Shown here: piece after piece, positions 35,757 to 38,271 of the stretch
How positions within the stretch are numbered: the first letter of the stretch is position 1
Layout of the letters: each line of letters begins with the position of its first letter
Virus record (IMG/VR): IMGVR_UViG_3300021959_000139
Location: 1 to 38,271 of that record
Source of the DNA: a virus
Taxonomy: Duplodnaviria > Caudoviricetes
Length of the DNA stretch: 38,271 nucleotides
Strand: one strand, 5' to 3'
The notes under the pieces: generated by a model
Database searches by the model: none
The model's input: only the letters and a program-made list of their open reading frames with translations
What the model was told of the DNA's origin: nothing
Translations under genes and position numbers: made by a program

Positions 35757-37454
35757 ATGCCGAATAAGAAAATTTCAGAACTTGAGGAAATATCCTTTTT
35801 GTATTCAGATAACAATCTGGATCCTTTTCCATCGCACGCATCTATAAATAGCAACTCAGACGCTGATTCAGAATCGCTATTTTTACTTACTCGTTCTGGC
35901 TCTCACAATGAAAAAATCAAATATTCAAATCTAAAAAAATCTCTATTAGGAGACGTGGTCTTTATGACCGGAGATCAATTAATTAGCGGAAGAAAAATTT
36001 TTGCAGACGAATGTACATTTAAAAGCACAATTTTAATAAATGAAATAATAGATGTAACTTCTCCAGCAGATATTAGTGGAAATATTTTTGTTGCAGAAAG
36101 CGGACTGTACGAGCACCTCGGTCTTGGAGATAAATTTTTTTTACGAGAGCAAGACGTAAATCACACTCTTGAAGTTGATGGAAATTCATTTTTCCAAGGA
36201 AGTGTTGAAATTACAGGTGACCTTACCAGAAGCGGGCCACATCATTACAGAAAAGGCGACACTCAATATGGCGGAGATTTTTTAATTACTGGAGATATTT
36301 TTCAAAAAGGAAATTACTATTTATCAGGTACAACACGCAGACTAGGAGACATAACCTCAACTGGAAATGCTGATTTTGAATCAGAACTTAATGTTTATGG
36401 TAATATTAGGCTTGGAGAATACCTATACCCCTATAAAGAAAACGATGCCGGAAGCATACAATGGTTTGAATCAAGCGGAAATAATTTAATTTTATCATCG
36501 AATGAAATCGTAACAAATAATATAGCTCTTGAGCTTTGGGAAAGCTCAACTCAAAACAGCTATACCCCCAGAGAATCTGGATATTCCTCGAGCAATGCTG
36601 TCGCTCAATACTTTGAACCTTTTGACTCTGAAAGTATCATGCCTACAACCTTTGGGACTGAAATTTTAGTTGACGGAACAAATACTTTCTTGAGGTTTAC
36701 CCCAAATCTGTTTAGATTACAAGCTGGCGGACACACATCGATAGAGCTCAACACAAATAAATCAAAAAACCTTTCATTCTCCACTCGATTTGATGAAAGA
36801 GAAGTGGTCTCGTTTACGGAAGAAGGGGCCATGGGAGTCATGGCCTCCGAGCCAATAAAAGATCTGTCAGTTAGTGGAGACAGTTTTCTTGAAAATACCT
36901 TTACTACGAGCAGTGATGGATATTGGTCTACTGTTTTTCCTGGGGATGACGAATCAATGGCATTTACGACAGATATGTTCGGAGGAACAGATGAATACTT
37001 GATTAATTTCCCCAAAACATTTTATAACCCCCCAGTTTTATCTGTTTCGGTCCAAGATGAAAAAGGAGGTGTAATAGTTCCTTATATGATATCTGGAGTA
37101 ACAAGCCAACAATATAATGTTATTTTTTCTAGCATCCTGCCTTCGAGAAGATATAAAGTTCACACAACGGCAATGGCAACAGGCATAGAATCTAATCGAG
37201 AAAAAACAATACAGCGCTCTGTAACAGAGCTACCCGCAGGAATTACAAGTGGAAATATTAACTTTCCATTTGGCTTCTCCGCGCCTCCCGTAGTGAGTCT
37301 CACGATAGAAGGTTCAAGAGTTATGGTTCCGCATCATATTAGGAATGTCACAAAAGATTCGTATGATATAAATTTTTCTACACCAATTCCTTCAGGCTTT
37401 AAGGTTCACACTACATCGATCCTTGCTGGTAAAATCGGGAGATCACCTTACTAA
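35757..37454 (+). CDS. putative tail fibre / virion decoration protein with two C-terminal H-type lectin-like domains
   Basis: MPNKKISEL start, VFMTGDQLISGRKIF fibre repeat, G.v.i.G beta repeats, and two INFP..F..PPV.S modules. Confidence 0.65.
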   Translation: MPNKKISELEEISFLYSDNNLDPFPSHASINSNSDADSESLFLLTRSGSHNEKIKYSNLKKSLLGDVVFMTGDQLISGRKIFADECTFKSTILINEIIDVTSPADISGNIFVAESGLYEHLGLGDKFFLREQDVNHTLEVDGNSFFQGSVEITGDLTRSGPHHYRKGDTQYGGDFLITGDIFQKGNYYLSGTTRRLGDITSTGNADFESELNVYGNIRLGEYLYPYKENDAGSIQWFESSGNNLILSSNEIVTNNIALELWESSTQNSYTPRESGYSSSNAVAQYFEPFDSESIMPTTFGTEILVDGTNTFLRFTPNLFRLQAGGHTSIELNTNKSKNLSFSTRFDEREVVSFTEEGAMGVMASEPIKDLSVSGDSFLENTFTTSSDGYWSTVFPGDDESMAFTTDMFGGTDEYLINFPKTFYNPPVLSVSVQDEKGGVIVPYMISGVTSQQYNVIFSSILPSRRYKVHTTAMATGIESNREKTIQRSVTELPAGITSGNINFPFGFSAPPVVSLTIEGSRVMVPHHIRNVTKDSYDINFSTPIPSGFKVHTTSILAGKIGRSPY

Positions 37455-37459
37455 TCATT

Positions 37460-38271
37460 ATGGCTAAAGACAACAGAACATCTAACATGCCAGAGAGTAC
37501 ATACTTGTACTCTGATAGCGCCATGTCTCCATTTCCTTATAGCGCATCAATGAGCTTGTCTGGAGACGCAGACTCGGATGCGCTTTTGCTAATTTCTCGT
37601 TCAGGATCTCATAATGAAAAAATAAAATATAAAAACTTTAAGAGATCAGTTTTAGACAATGTTGTATTCTTAACAGGAGATCAGTTAATTAGCGGAGAAA
37701 AGACCTTTGCAGACGTTTGTACATTTCTTAGCAGAACAAATATAAATGAAATTATAGACATTACCGAAACAGGAGATATTAGCGGAAATGTTTTTGTTGG
37801 AGAAAGCGGCCTTTTTCAAAAAGTCGGCGTCGGACTTCATTTCACCCGCAGAGAAATGGTTGATGAAATTCAGTACAACAGACCATCTGGATCGGGCGAC
37901 TTCAACTCTCGCTCTTATGGAGGAGGAGTTTATTCAGGTTCGTATACCAACGCGACGGATTTTATTAGCGGAGAAATTGATTTAAGTACAGAGACTCTTT
38001 CATTTAACGTATACCAACCATCTGGTTTTTATGCGGCAATGATTCCAGAGTCCCAACAAAACAATACCGACACATCTCTTGATGGACACAATTTGAGCCC
38101 AGATGAATTGCATTATGAAATGGGCGGAGCGTGGCTAGGAATAGAATTCGATAAACCTTTTTATTATAGAGGAATCGAAATTTATCATTCAGATCTTGAC
38201 ACTGCGCCAGAAGATTTTAAAGTAGTTGCATCAAATAACGGAACAGACTGGAAAACAATTCATACTCAATT
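37460..38271 (+). CDS. 3'-truncated fibre-like protein, paralogue of 35757..37454, with an F5/8 type C (discoidin)-like domain
   Basis: Not in the ORF track. ATG 37460 is open to the window end: MAKDNRTSNMPESTYLYSD..SRSGSHNEKIKY..VVFLTGDQLISGEKTFAD..AWLGIEFDKP..APEDFKVVASNNGTDWKTI. Confidence 0.8.
   Translation, partial: MAKDNRTSNMPESTYLYSDSAMSPFPYSASMSLSGDADSDALLLISRSGSHNEKIKYKNFKRSVLDNVVFLTGDQLISGEKTFADVCTFLSRTNINEIIDITETGDISGNVFVGESGLFQKVGVGLHFTRREMVDEIQYNRPSGSGDFNSRSYGGGVYSGSYTNATDFISGEIDLSTETLSFNVYQPSGFYAAMIPESQQNNTDTSLDGHNLSPDELHYEMGGAWLGIEFDKPFYYRGIEIYHSDLDTAPEDFKVVASNNGTDWKTIHTQ

Noticed and set aside
37788-37985. 65-aa plus-strand ORF
   Set aside because: Out-of-frame overlap within the real truncated CDS starting at 37460.
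1-38271. CRISPR array, tRNA, diversity-generating retroelement, intron, intein or integrase
   Set aside because: Intergenic gaps are only about 60 nt or less, and I saw no spaced repeats, reverse transcriptase, adenine-specific TR/VR pair or splicing motifs. A by-eye scan cannot exclude weak cases.

Overview
AT-rich, densely coding fragment of a large tailed dsDNA phage. A long non-contractile (sipho-type) tail is inferred: no sheath gene is seen, and capsid, portal and terminase genes are not in the window. 1-4.8 kb (+): a sigma70-type unit encoding a WavE-like fragment, a Whirly-like ssDNA-binding protein, a GT4/Zn-ribbon/DUF4214/GT9-N fusion, the GT9-C partner and a Rad52/Sak-like annealing protein. 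4.8-31.2 kb (-): tail tip module (S74 chaperone protein, 2314-aa fibre, gpI-gpJ fusion, JAB gpK-like, gpL, tandem gpM/Dit, two tube-fold proteins, 2174-aa tape measure, two paralogous chaperones). 31.2-38.3 kb: neck, tail terminator and major tube genes (+), a fourth tube paralogue (-) and two paralogous fibre-like genes (+). Most notable: a PD-(D/E)xK nuclease-like cassette bracketed by GxIPNF repeats inside the tape measure protein; a phage-specific (TTTA)GTGTA promoter motif, one copy overlapping a hairpin that masks the TMP ribosome-binding site; a tail apparently built from internally duplicated subunits; G/GT chaperones made by gene duplication; and a split GT9 glycosyltransferase. All family assignments come from motif recognition by eye, not from database searches. 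No tRNA, rRNA, CRISPR array or mobile element was seen.
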